This document shows positions 45,493 to 55,315 of a stretch of 64,000 bases of DNA, piece by piece. Under the pieces are notes generated by a model that was not told the DNA's origin, searched no databases, and worked only from the letters and a program-made list of their open reading frames with translations. Origin of the DNA: Myxococcota bacterium (GTDB taxonomy: Bacteria; Myxococcota_A; UBA796; SXON01); NCBI GenBank assembly GCA_040386535.1, contig JAZKFH010000042.1, positions 160,001 to 224,000 of the forward strand, read 5' to 3'. Both the position numbers and the translations under genes were made by a program. Every line of letters starts with the position of its first letter. The stretch's first letter is position 1.

Positions 45493-47070
45493 TCAGGGCC
45501 CGACGGCCACCCGCCACGCCGCGTCCAACGCTTTTGCGTCCCGACCCGCGGCCGCATAGCCGTCGAGCGGCGCGGCCAACCAGGCAGCGCGCACGCCGGC
45601 CACCCCCTGTGTGTTCTGGATCCACGCCGCGAAGGACGTCGCCATGGCAAGCTCGTTCGGCGTTCCCTTCCAGCCCGACGCAACGGCGCCGATCGGCGGA
45701 GAGGCATCGAGCATTGGGCGCGCCGCACCATCCAGGTCGTTGCCGCTCCCGGCCAAGGCGCGCGGCAGGCCTGCCGCCATCACCGGGTTGCCCGCGGGCC
45801 CCCACGCGCGGGCGAGCATCGTCGCGATCGGGCACGCCGCGGCCCACGGCGAGCCGTCGATTGTGGCGCAGACGTTCGCCGTCGGATCGTCGACCGTCGG
45901 CCCGCCGAGCTCGGCGCGATGGGCCTCGTCGGCGTACACGAACACCTCGACCGTGCCCTGGGGCGCGATCGACAGGTTTCCCAGGCCCGCGAGCAGCGCC
46001 CACTCGATGCGGGACGCCGCGCCCACCGGATCGGGGACACGCGCGAAGTCCGCGCGGACCTCCACGCCGCCCTTCGTGGTGGACTGCCACGTGGCGAGCG
46101 CGCTCGGCTCGCTCGACCCGACGGCGAGCAGCAGATCGTCCACGTTTCCGGCGCCCGTCCCCACCAACGACACCGTCACCCACGCGGCGGTCACGTCGTC
46201 TGGCACCACCACCGCCACCGTCGCGCGCTCCCACGCCTGGGCCGACACCTCCCGCGTCCAGTCGGCGGCCGGCCCCGCGGCCCCCGCGAACCCGAACCCG
46301 ATCACGACGCGCGCGCCCCCCTCCGCGGCGGCCGCGACGTTGAGCACGAGGCGCTCCCCTGGCACCACGCGGATGTCCTGGCTCACGCTCGGCACGGACT
46401 TCGCGCCCTTGCGCGCCTCCAACCGGAGCGAGGTCTTGCCCAGCAGCGCCCGCGCCGTGTCCCTCGACACCCCGGTGTTCGCGGGCGCAGACACGCGCCA
46501 CGCGAGGCCGAGCGTGTGGTCGTCCTCGAACGAGGGATCCACGAGCGCGGCGCGCTCCCGCGGCAAGCTCACCCCGAGCTCCGCGTTCAGGACCGCCGCC
46601 ACCTCGGCCTGCTTCCAGGTCGATGGCCACGCGATCCCCACCCCCGTCGTCGCGCGCCGCCCTGCGAGCTCCACGCGCACCAGCTCGCCCGCCACCACGG
46701 TCGCGCGCACCTGGTCGACCTTGCGCACGTTGGTGTCGAGCAGGTCCGCGAGCGAACGGATCGCGGCCCACTCGGCGTCCGACCACTCGCCCGCCGTGCG
46801 GATCACCGTCTGCCCGTCCCGCACGCGCCGGATCTCGGCGGGCGGGAGCGCGAGCACCACGCGCAAGGCCGCGCGCGAGGCGGGATCGAGCACCTGGTAG
46901 ACGATGGCGGGATCACTCGGCGCGAGCGCGCGGAGGCCCTCGCGATCGAGGCTGGAGGCCGCGATGAGGCGGTCCAGGCGCAGATCGGGGCCCTCGGTGG
47001 CCGCGGCAAGGGCGGGCGACGCGGCCGCGAGAGAGAACAGGAGCGCGGAGAGCATGGCCGAGTGTGGCAC
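45493..47070 (-). CDS. Secreted hypothetical protein with central carbohydrate-binding-module-like domain
   Basis: Signal peptide; LVDPSFEDD...GKTSLRL...VSQDIRVVPGE...VDDL. Confidence 0.6.
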   Translation of the reverse strand: MPHSAMLSALLFSLAAASPALAAATEGPDLRLDRLIAASSLDREGLRALAPSDPAIVYQVLDPASRAALRVVLALPPAEIRRVRDGQTVIRTAGEWSDAEWAAIRSLADLLDTNVRKVDQVRATVVAGELVRVELAGRRATTGVGIAWPSTWKQAEVAAVLNAELGVSLPRERAALVDPSFEDDHTLGLAWRVSAPANTGVSRDTARALLGKTSLRLEARKGAKSVPSVSQDIRVVPGERLVLNVAAAAEGGARVVIGFGFAGAAGPAADWTREVSAQAWERATVAVVVPDDVTAAWVTVSLVGTGAGNVDDLLLAVGSSEPSALATWQSTTKGGVEVRADFARVPDPVGAASRIEWALLAGLGNLSIAPQGTVEVFVYADEAHRAELGGPTVDDPTANVCATIDGSPWAAACPIATMLARAWGPAGNPVMAAGLPRALAGSGNDLDGAARPMLDASPPIGAVASGWKGTPNELAMATSFAAWIQNTQGVAGVRAAWLAAPLDGYAAAGRDAKALDAAWRVAVGP

Positions 47071-47168
47071 GAAAGCGTCCCGACCGCGCGCGCGCTCGCG
47101 TCGTTCCGTCGGGAGGTCGTTCGAATCTGACGTGGTACAACCTCGACTCCCCCTCCCTCGGAGGCTCC

Positions 47169-47681
47169 ATGCCCTGCCGCCGCCTCGTTGCCTTGCCGTT
47201 CCTGGTCACGATCGCCCTCGCGCCCGGTCCGGCCCACGCCCTGACGGTCGGCGAGCGTGGCCTCTTCAGCGTGCGCGGCCACCTCGCCACCGGCTACCCC
47301 GGCCTCGCGAGCCTCTCGGTCTCGCTCACGGCCTTTCGCCCCGTCGAGCTCGAGGCGGGCGTCGAGGGCTCGCTCGGCTTTGCCGCCCAATACGTGCGGG
47401 CGGGCCCCGCGCTCCCCCTGCTCGACACGCGGGACGAGGTGTACCGTGGCTTCACCCTCGACCTCCCCGTGCTGGTCGGCTATCGCCACTATTGGTTCAC
47501 GCGCGGCGACGTCCACGCGGCCACCGCCAACGTGGCGGCAACCGGCGACTATTGGTTTGCGCACCGCTTCGGCCTGGAGGCGCAGCTCACGTTGGGTCTC
47601 ACCGTCCCGTTCACGGACACCTTCGATGCCATCGGTGTCGTGGAGCCGGACGTCCGGTTGTCGGTGGGGTTGGCGTTCTGA
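47169..47681 (+). CDS. Putative small outer-membrane beta-barrel protein
   Basis: GGAGG RBS; signal peptide AHA; alternating beta strands; C-terminal VGLAF. Confidence 0.65.
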   Translation: MPCRRLVALPFLVTIALAPGPAHALTVGERGLFSVRGHLATGYPGLASLSVSLTAFRPVELEAGVEGSLGFAAQYVRAGPALPLLDTRDEVYRGFTLDLPVLVGYRHYWFTRGDVHAATANVAATGDYWFAHRFGLEAQLTLGLTVPFTDTFDAIGVVEPDVRLSVGLAF

Positions 47682-47721
47682 CGATCCCCCTCCGCGGGAG
47701 CGCTCGGGATACGGACGGCCG

Positions 47722-48501
47722 ATGTCCCTCCTCCTTCCCACGGCCGACGAGCAACAATGGGCCCTGGCGGCGTTGGGCGATCTCGTGCGGAAACGCGGCG
47801 CGGACCCGCTGTTGACCCGCCCGTTCGTGCTCCCAGCGCCCACCTTCTTCCCCGACCCGTGGACCGCGGACACGGCCGGCGTGGAGCGCATCCTCCGCCG
47901 CCTGCTGGCGTACGCGGGCTTGCCCGACGCGAAGGTCCGCGCCGAGGTCGAACAGCGGCCGGACACCACCACCGTCCAGAGCTGGCCGGGCGCCGAAGCC
48001 CGCCACGGCAGCGGCGCGGCCGGCTGGTACATGGGGCGCCAGGGCGGCACCTATCGGTTCGGCGTGAACCCAAGCTTCAACAAGCGCCCCGAGGTGCTGG
48101 TCGCGGTCCTCGCGCACGAAACCGCCCACGCGTGGCGTGACACGTTCCAGCTCCAGGTACCCGACCGCGACAGCGAGGAGTACCTCACCGATCTCACCAC
48201 GGTCTACCTCGGCTTCGGCGTGCTCACGACCAACGCGGCGTGGCAGTTCCGGGGCGTGAGCGACGGCATCGCCTCCGGGTGGGAGAAACAACAGACAGGC
48301 TACCTCGACTTCCGCGTGTTCGCGTTCCTGCTCGCGCTCGTGGCACACGCGCGCGGCCTCGGCTGGTGGGAGCGCACCCGCTTTGCCTGGAACCTGTCAC
48401 CCAACCAACGCGCGGCGTTCCGGGTGAGCCACGCCCGAATCGGGCTGAGCCGGGCGGAGATGCTCGGGGAGATCGGGTGCTCGGGGGGCGGGGGTCGGTG
48501 A
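47722..48501 (+). CDS. HExxH-motif putative zinc metallopeptidase
   Basis: AVLAHETAHAW...EEYLTDLTTVYLGFG...GYL. Confidence 0.7.
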   Translation: MSLLLPTADEQQWALAALGDLVRKRGADPLLTRPFVLPAPTFFPDPWTADTAGVERILRRLLAYAGLPDAKVRAEVEQRPDTTTVQSWPGAEARHGSGAAGWYMGRQGGTYRFGVNPSFNKRPEVLVAVLAHETAHAWRDTFQLQVPDRDSEEYLTDLTTVYLGFGVLTTNAAWQFRGVSDGIASGWEKQQTGYLDFRVFAFLLALVAHARGLGWWERTRFAWNLSPNQRAAFRVSHARIGLSRAEMLGEIGCSGGGGR

Positions 48502-50120
48502 CGCGCCCCGGCGTAGGTCGCGGGCGCCTCCTCTTCACCCTGCTCGTCCTCCTCCTCCTCGGATCCGTCGGTGCGTGGTGGGCGCTCGGCGCAGCCCTGG
48601 AGGCCTCGCCCGAGCCCGTCGGCCCGCCGGCACGTGCGGCCCGGGTCACGACGCGCGTGGCCCCCGAGGGTGTCACGTCCGTGCGCGTGGTCGACGACCT
48701 GGGGCGGCCCGTCCCCGACCTCCCGATCTGGGAGGGCCGCGCCGTCACCACGACCCACACCGGCGACGACGACGTCTCCCGCCCGACCAACGCGGGCACC
48801 CGGCTCGGCGTCACCGATGCGCACGGGATCTTCGTCCCGGAGCGATTTCCCGTCACGGTCAACGTGGCGCCGTGGCCCGCGCTCCCGGACGCCGTGACCG
48901 TCGAGAACGACGGCGGGGAGCACCTCTTGACGGTCGCGCGGCCCTGCGCCGTCGCGTTGACGTGGGACACACCGGCCGACGCCACGATTGTCGACATCGC
49001 CCTCGGCGAGCAGGCCGGCGCCCCGATCGCCACCGGGCACGCGAACCTCGTGGTCCCGTGTGGTGACACGTGGATCGCCAGCCGCGGGCACGACGTGCCG
49101 CGGGTGGAGCCAGAACCCGCCAACTTCGACAGTGCCACCGGCGCCGTTCATGTGCGTTGGTTGGAGCGGGACAACATCCGCGTGTGTGTCACCGACGAGG
49201 AGGGCGCCCGGGTGCCCGACGCGGTGGTGGAGGGGGCGTGGCAGGACGGGGAGTGCTGGCGGTATCCGTACCAGGAGTGTGCCCGGGGGCGCGCGGACGG
49301 CTTCCTCGGCGCCAATCTGTGTCCCGAGTTCGGCCTCTTCGGCGGGTTCGTCCAGTCGAGCTACGACCTCGCCCTGGAGCGCGGCGTGCCCGTCGCGGTG
49401 TGGTGTGACGACGGCTCCGGACCCGGCGCCTGCCCCGGCAGGCTTGGTGTGCTGACCTGTGTCAGCGACGCCACCCCCGACGTTGGCACCTGCGCCCGCG
49501 ATCCGGACTGGGCCTGCACCTGCCCCGACGCGCCCGACGCCCGCGTGGTGGCCCAGGCCGGCCCCTACAGCGGCGAGTCCGCGCCGGTCCGCAGCGGCGT
49601 CGCCACCTTCACCCACACCGGCACCGCCTCCCTCACCGTGCCCGGCACCGAGCGCTGCGGAGAGCTGCTCCTCCGAGTGGACCGCGGCGTCGAGCTCCTC
49701 ATCGGCAAGCTCGCGTGCCGCGACGGCAACGCCGTCCGGGAGCACCTCGTGGCTGGGACCTACCTCCTCTTCTCGGCGACGGCGGGCGGCAGTTTCGGCA
49801 TGTTCCGGTGGACCAGCATCCACGTGGCGGACGGCGAGGCCAAGGTGTTCGACGCCGCCTTCCCGAGCGGCCACCCGGTCGCCGTCGAGTGGGTCGGCAC
49901 CACGGCGGAAAGCATCGTGACCGTGGTGCACACGCCCGGCTACGAGGCCATGTTCTTCCATCTCCCCACCGAGGCCCCCACCCTGGTCCCGCCGGGCGCC
50001 ACGTTGTGGGTGTGCAGCAACGACGACGGCTGCTGCAAGTACGACGATCCGGGGCCGACCGTGTCGTGCGCGCCGAGCGCGTGGGTCCTGCCCCCCATGC
50101 CGGGAACGTCGCTGTTCTGA
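48498..50120 (+). CDS. Membrane-anchored Cys-rich hypothetical protein with beta-sandwich repeats
   Basis: GTGA overlap; N-terminal TM; VRVVDDLGRPVPD and VCVTDEEGARVPDA carboxypeptidase-regulatory-like starts. Confidence 0.65.
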   Translation: MTRPGVGRGRLLFTLLVLLLLGSVGAWWALGAALEASPEPVGPPARAARVTTRVAPEGVTSVRVVDDLGRPVPDLPIWEGRAVTTTHTGDDDVSRPTNAGTRLGVTDAHGIFVPERFPVTVNVAPWPALPDAVTVENDGGEHLLTVARPCAVALTWDTPADATIVDIALGEQAGAPIATGHANLVVPCGDTWIASRGHDVPRVEPEPANFDSATGAVHVRWLERDNIRVCVTDEEGARVPDAVVEGAWQDGECWRYPYQECARGRADGFLGANLCPEFGLFGGFVQSSYDLALERGVPVAVWCDDGSGPGACPGRLGVLTCVSDATPDVGTCARDPDWACTCPDAPDARVVAQAGPYSGESAPVRSGVATFTHTGTASLTVPGTERCGELLLRVDRGVELLIGKLACRDGNAVREHLVAGTYLLFSATAGGSFGMFRWTSIHVADGEAKVFDAAFPSGHPVAVEWVGTTAESIVTVVHTPGYEAMFFHLPTEAPTLVPPGATLWVCSNDDGCCKYDDPGPTVSCAPSAWVLPPMPGTSLF

Positions 50121-50183
50121 TTTGGTTCCTCTCTTCCTCTCTCCCTCCGTTCGTTCCTCCGTCCTCCCCTTCCTGCCTTCCTT

Positions 50184-50213
50184 TATTCCTGCCTTCCTGA
50201 TTCTCCGGCTCCG
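50184..50213 (+). repeat. 30-bp dispersed repeat, copy 2, within a pyrimidine-rich tract
   Basis: TATTCCTGCCTTCCTGATTCTCCGGCTCCG. Confidence 0.8.
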
Positions 50214-50298
50214 CCTCTCCCCTTCCGGATGCGCATCCTCCACCGCCACCTGCCCCCCGGCCCGCCCGTGCTATGGGGCTCCTCACCCGGAAACGCGC

Positions 50299-50868
50299 GT
50301 GGATCCTCGTCGAACCCCGTCCCGCCCGCGGCCCCTCCCCCACCAGCTCCGCGCCAACGCCGGGGTTTCTCGTGCCCTCGTCGGCGGGATCGTCGTGCTC
50401 GGCATCACCACGGCGCTACTCGCGGGCGCGGCGCTGTCCCTTGGAGGTGAGGCCACCCCGATCGCCGCTCCCGCCCCGGAGCCGCTCGCAGCCGCGCCGG
50501 ACGAGGAGATCCCCTCCAGCCGTGCCGGGCCCCCGCCCCACCTGGAGCCGCCCCCGGAGCCGCGTGAAGGCATGGAGGGAGCCGCCGCGGACGCGCAACG
50601 CGTGATCTCGTCCGTGGTCAAGAAGAGCCAGGGCCCCATCCAATCATGCCTCGAGAAGGCGCTCATCAACCAACCGACCCTCAACGGGCGCGTGTCCATC
50701 GGGTGGAGCATCGTCGCCGGGCGTGTCACCCAAGCGAGCGTCGTGTCGAACGACACGGGGGACGACGCGCTCGCCGCCTGCATGAGCGGTGCGGTGCGCA
50801 CCTTCCGGTTCCCCGAGACCCTCACGGCCGAGGTGGCCGAGTTTCCCTGGGTCCTGTCGGGCGGGTAG
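50299..50868 (+). CDS. AgmX/PglI C-terminal (TonB-C-like) domain membrane protein
   Basis: TM helix, Pro-rich linker, IQSCLEKAL..PTLNGRV..W.I..GRV...DDALAACM..VRTFRFP. Confidence 0.82.
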   Translation: MDPRRTPSRPRPLPHQLRANAGVSRALVGGIVVLGITTALLAGAALSLGGEATPIAAPAPEPLAAAPDEEIPSSRAGPPPHLEPPPEPREGMEGAAADAQRVISSVVKKSQGPIQSCLEKALINQPTLNGRVSIGWSIVAGRVTQASVVSNDTGDDALAACMSGAVRTFRFPETLTAEVAEFPWVLSGG

Positions 50869-50873
50869 CGCCT

Positions 50874-53513
50874 CTATGTCTGGCGCCCCAAGACGCTGGC
50901 GACCGTGACGATGAGCTCCGCGGGCTCCAACGGTTTCGCGAGGTGGAAGCGAAAGCCGGCGCGGAGCACGCGCGTGCGATCCTTGGAGCGGGCGAACGCC
51001 GTCACCGCGATGGCCGGAACGGCGCCCCCACGCTCGGGGCCGAGCTCGCGCACCAGGCGAAGCAGCTCGTATCCATCGACGTCGGGCATTCCAATGTCAC
51101 TGAGCAGCAGGTCCGGACGCTCCTGTTCCACCAGGGCGAGCGCTTCGGCGGCGCTCGCCGCCACGATCACGTGGGCGCCGCAGTCCTCGAGGACCCGCTG
51201 GATGAGATCGCGCGCGTCCGCCTCATCATCGACGGCCAGGATCTTGAGCCCGGACAAATCTGGCATCTCGTAGGGCAGCGGCGCCGGCTCCGAGGGGGCG
51301 GAGCCGACGAGCACCGGGGGCAACGTCCCTCCCTGACCCCGGACGACGGGGAGCTGGACGATGAAGCTCGCGCCCTGGCCCACCCCGGCGCTCTCCGCGG
51401 TGAGCGACCCTCCGTGCAGCTCGACGAGGTGCTTGGCGATGGCGAGCCCCAGGCCGAGCCCGCCGTGACGCCGGGTGCTGGATCCGTCCGCCTGGCGAAA
51501 ACGATCGAAGACGTATGGCAGGAAATCCGGTTGGATCCCCATTCCGGTGTCGGCCACCCGCAGCTCCAGGTACTGGCCGTGGCGGAGCAACGTCACGTGG
51601 ATCTCGCCGTCCGGCGGCGTGAACTTGATGGCGTTGGACAACAGGTTCCAGACGACCTGTTGCAGCCGGTTCGCGTCCCCCGCCAGGGCGCCCGCCGCCG
51701 GGTCGAGCGCCTTCTGGATCCGGATTCCCTTGCCCTCGGCGGCCGGCCGCACGGTCTCCAGGGCCGCCTCGATGAAGCCGTGGGGGTCTACCGGCTGCAC
51801 GTCCAGCGCGACCTGCCCGGAGGTGATGCGCGCCATGTCGAGCAGATCCTCGATGAGGCGGGCCTGGGCGCGGGCGTTGCGCTCCACCACCTCCAGCGCG
51901 CGCTGCAGCTCCGGCTCGCTCATCTTGCGCTTGCGGATCACCTGGGCCCAACCCAGGATGGCGCCGAGCGGCGTGCGGAGCTCGTGGGAGAGGGTTGCCA
52001 GGAATTGGTCCTTGAGCTCGCTCATGCGCTCGGCGTGCGCACGCGCGACCTGTTCCGCTTCCAACAGGCGTTTCCGCTCCTCCGCGGCCGTCCGCGCCGC
52101 CTCGTAGAGCCGCGCGTTGTCGATGGCGGTCGCCGCTTGCGCCGCTACGCCGAGCACGAGCCGCTCCGCTCGCTCCGTGAACATCCCCGGATCGGGATGC
52201 CCGAAGAAGAGGCCCCCGATGACCTCCTTCGAGCGCGTGACGACGGACACGGCGAGGTAGCTCCGCACGGGGGGATGGCCCGGCGGCATACCGAAGTGGG
52301 GGCCCATCTTGCCGTAGCGTGGATCGAGCTGGATATCGTCGACCCGCACGACCCCCTCATTGCGAAACGTGGGGCTGAACACCGGGGTGTTCCGGGGCAG
52401 GCCGAAGTGATCGAACGCGGAGCGGGGCGCGCCCGAGAGCGTGAACAGCTGCAGGGCCTCCCCGTCGGGCGCCACGACGTTGTAGAAGAACGCCCCGAAT
52501 CGGGCTCCGGTGAGCTCGGTCGCGGCGTCCGTCACCGTCTGCAGCAGCGCCATCAAGTCGAGCTCGGATGCGATGGCGGCGCCGGTCCGGTTGAGCACCT
52601 CGAGCACCCGGCTCTCTTCCCTGAGGGCCTCCTCTGCTTGCTTGCGCTGGGAGATCTCCTCCACCACGGTGACGAGCCGATCGGGCCTCCCCTCCGCGTC
52701 CTGGAGGACGGTCACCGTCGTGAGGCTCCACACCGTGGCGCCATCCCGGCAGACGTACCGCTGCTCGAACCTCACATCCGACACCTCGCCGTTCAGGAGG
52801 CTGCCCATGCGCACTTGTGTCAGCGTGCGGTCCGCGGGGTGGGTGATGTCCATCAACGTCTTGGTACGGAGCTCGTCCTCCTGGTACCCCAGGATGTCGC
52901 AGAGCTTGTGGTTGATCTCCTGGAGCCGGCCGTCCAATGTCGCCACCGCGAAGCCGACCGCCGCCTGGGAGAAGGTCGCGCGCAGCCGGGACTCGCTCTC
53001 CCGCAGGGCCTCGTCGACGCGCTTGCGCTCGGTCAGGTCCTGCAGGACGCCGATCATGCCCGCGCCCGCGCCATCGGCGTCGTAGATGCCCCGGCCCTTG
53101 GCCGCGACCCAGCTCACCCCGCCGTCGGGCAGCCGGACCCGGTACTCGATGTCATAGTCGTCGTGCGCCTCGAGCGCGTGCTCGAGCGCCTGCCTCACCG
53201 CGTCCCGATCGTCGGCGTGCACGATTCCGTGCAGCTCGGCGCGTGCGAGGAAGAGTTGGCCCGGCCGGCCGAGGATCTCGGCGGCCTCCGGGCTCAGCGT
53301 GAGCGTATGGCCGACACGGTCCCAGCCCCAATACCCCAGGTGCCCCGCGGCCAACGCGATGGTCAGCCGCTCGGTCGAGTCGCGGAGCGCCTCCTTGGTC
53401 GCCATCAGCTCCGCCTCCGCGCGGTGCCGCGTGAGCAGGACCGCCTGGACATTCTGGAGCGCCGCCGAACGGAGGAGCGCCTCCTCGTCGTCCTGGTCGG
53501 AGGGCGTGCTCAC
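50874..53513 (-). CDS. Hybrid sensor histidine kinase (PAS-PAS-GAF-HisKA-HATPase-REC)
   Basis: FLATLSHELRTPL, NLLSNAIKFT, DTGMGI, GGLGLGL, SDIGMP. Confidence 0.95.
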   Translation of the reverse strand: MSTPSDQDDEEALLRSAALQNVQAVLLTRHRAEAELMATKEALRDSTERLTIALAAGHLGYWGWDRVGHTLTLSPEAAEILGRPGQLFLARAELHGIVHADDRDAVRQALEHALEAHDDYDIEYRVRLPDGGVSWVAAKGRGIYDADGAGAGMIGVLQDLTERKRVDEALRESESRLRATFSQAAVGFAVATLDGRLQEINHKLCDILGYQEDELRTKTLMDITHPADRTLTQVRMGSLLNGEVSDVRFEQRYVCRDGATVWSLTTVTVLQDAEGRPDRLVTVVEEISQRKQAEEALREESRVLEVLNRTGAAIASELDLMALLQTVTDAATELTGARFGAFFYNVVAPDGEALQLFTLSGAPRSAFDHFGLPRNTPVFSPTFRNEGVVRVDDIQLDPRYGKMGPHFGMPPGHPPVRSYLAVSVVTRSKEVIGGLFFGHPDPGMFTERAERLVLGVAAQAATAIDNARLYEAARTAAEERKRLLEAEQVARAHAERMSELKDQFLATLSHELRTPLGAILGWAQVIRKRKMSEPELQRALEVVERNARAQARLIEDLLDMARITSGQVALDVQPVDPHGFIEAALETVRPAAEGKGIRIQKALDPAAGALAGDANRLQQVVWNLLSNAIKFTPPDGEIHVTLLRHGQYLELRVADTGMGIQPDFLPYVFDRFRQADGSSTRRHGGLGLGLAIAKHLVELHGGSLTAESAGVGQGASFIVQLPVVRGQGGTLPPVLVGSAPSEPAPLPYEMPDLSGLKILAVDDEADARDLIQRVLEDCGAHVIVAASAAEALALVEQERPDLLLSDIGMPDVDGYELLRLVRELGPERGGAVPAIAVTAFARSKDRTRVLRAGFRFHLAKPLEPAELIVTVASVLGRQT

Positions 53514-54568
53514 GAGAGGCCCAATGCCACGGAGGCCTGCTCGGTGCCGAGCACACGCGCGCGGATCTTGGTGAAGGCGGTGTCCCGCGTCGTGGAGGCG
53601 TCATCACAGAACGGCGAGAAGCCGCAGTCGTCCGTCGATCCCAGCTGAGCGATCGGGATGAACTCCGCGGCTTCGAGGACGCGGTCACGCACCTGCTCGG
53701 GCGTTTCGACCGCGGGGCTGATGGGGGCAATCACGCCCACGAACACCATCTGACCGGGCTTCAGGTATCGACGAATGATTTTGAGGACACGACGGCGGTC
53801 GGTCTCCCCCGCCAGCGCCACGTAGAAGCGCCCCACCTTGAGCTCGAACAGGCTCGGAAGCAGCTCCGCGTAGTCGACATCGGCGCTGTGTGTGGAGTCC
53901 CGATCCCCGCCCGGACACGTGTGCACGCCGAGCCGCGCCCGCTCGCGCTCCGAGAAGCGGGAGAGTGCGAGGTTGTTCAGCTCGATGAAGCTGCTCAGCA
54001 GGGCACCCGTGGGGTCGACCTTCATGGCGAAGCGCCCCTCCGTGAAGTCGACCTGTACACACGCGGCGCCGGCGGCGAGGCAGCGCCGCACCTCGGTCTC
54101 GTGCTCCCGGAGGAGGTCGTGCAGGAACTCCTCGCGCGAGTACCCCGGGAGCCCGGTCGCCGGGTACATCAAGCTCAAGGCCGACGGCGAGATGACCGCC
54201 TGCTTCACCGGGGCGGTCGTGTGCCCACGCACGTCTTGCAGGAACGCATCCGCGTAGCGACGGTAGCGGAACGGGCCGGAGGTCAGGCGGGGCATGCGCC
54301 GTACGTGGCCCGCCTCGAACGGGATGCGGAAGCCGTCCGGGGCGATGTTGGGGAGGCCCTCGACCGAATACGTCCAGAAATTGTGGTACTTCCGCTGCTC
54401 CCCATCGGTGATGAGGGGGGAGCCGGTGGCCTCGAAGCGCTTCACCGTGTCGAGGGTGGCCGCCGCGTACAGCGGCTCGAGCGCGGGGTGCTCCGGCCCG
54501 TACTTCTCGATGGCCTCGAGCAACGCTCGGGGGCGCGGGATGCTTCCGATCGGCTCGGTCGGAATCAT
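53510..54568 (-). CDS. Single-barrel cobalamin-independent methionine synthase II-like (MetE core) protein
   Basis: TEPIGSIPRP, TDGEQRK, GVHTCPGG, DDCGFSPF. Confidence 0.88.
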   Translation of the reverse strand: MIPTEPIGSIPRPRALLEAIEKYGPEHPALEPLYAAATLDTVKRFEATGSPLITDGEQRKYHNFWTYSVEGLPNIAPDGFRIPFEAGHVRRMPRLTSGPFRYRRYADAFLQDVRGHTTAPVKQAVISPSALSLMYPATGLPGYSREEFLHDLLREHETEVRRCLAAGAACVQVDFTEGRFAMKVDPTGALLSSFIELNNLALSRFSERERARLGVHTCPGGDRDSTHSADVDYAELLPSLFELKVGRFYVALAGETDRRRVLKIIRRYLKPGQMVFVGVIAPISPAVETPEQVRDRVLEAAEFIPIAQLGSTDDCGFSPFCDDASTTRDTAFTKIRARVLGTEQASVALGLS

Positions 54569-54572
54569 GGGT

Positions 54573-54950
54573 TCATCCTCGCCGAGGCAGGAGATCGCGC
54601 ACCGTCTGCAACAGCTCCTCTTGCTCGAACGGCTTGGAGAGCACCGCGTCCGCCCCAAGGTGTTGCGCGGTCCGCAGGTAACCGTCCGCGACACCGAGCC
54701 GACCACCGCCCGAGCAGGCGAGGATCCGCGCCTCGGGAAACTCTCTCCGGAGGTGCACGATCGTCTCGAGCCCGTCCTGATCGGGCATGAAGATGTCGGT
54801 GATGACGAGATCCGCCGGGCTCCGGCGCTGCGCGGCGAGCCCCGCCTTCCCGTCGCTCGCGACCTCCACTTCGTACCCGGCATCCTCGAGGATCACCTGC
54901 ACGAGGTCCAGCATGTCTTGGGTGTCGTCGATCACCAGTACGCGTGGCAT
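54573..54950 (-). CDS. Single-domain response regulator
   Basis: VLVIDD, ITDIFMPDQDG, SGG, KPF. Confidence 0.93.
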   Translation of the reverse strand: MPRVLVIDDTQDMLDLVQVILEDAGYEVEVASDGKAGLAAQRRSPADLVITDIFMPDQDGLETIVHLRREFPEARILACSGGGRLGVADGYLRTAQHLGADAVLSKPFEQEELLQTVRDLLPRRG

Positions 54951-55315
54951 CAGGTCCTGCGGTGATGTTCGGGAGTAGCACGTGAGCGGACCGACGGCCC
55001 GCCGCTCACCGTCCCCGGTGGACATCGAGCCGATCGCGTCGAGCACGACCGATCGGAAGGGGTAGGACGTGTCCGACCATGCGACCAAGTCGCGTTGGTT
55101 CTCCTGCGACGCGGGCGCAATTTGTTCACCGTTCGCCGGCCGCCCATCGCCCGGGTGGAACGGACGCCCCACCGCACGATTCGGGGGCGCCCCGTTCCCG
55201 GGGCCCTGACTCGGGCATATCCAAGGAGGTACCGGACTCAACCACCGATCGCCGCAGTCCCCTCCAACGCGGAGGGCCAAACCCGCGCCGACGACGACCA
55301 ACGGAAGGACACACG

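Noticed and set aside
42140..50213. attL/attR of a prophage or integrative element
   Set aside because: No integrase, tRNA or phage genes between or beside the repeats, so they are kept only as a dispersed repeat.
53510..54568. Canonical metE gene symbol
   Set aside because: Only ~350 aa (single barrel), lacking the N-terminal folate-binding barrel.
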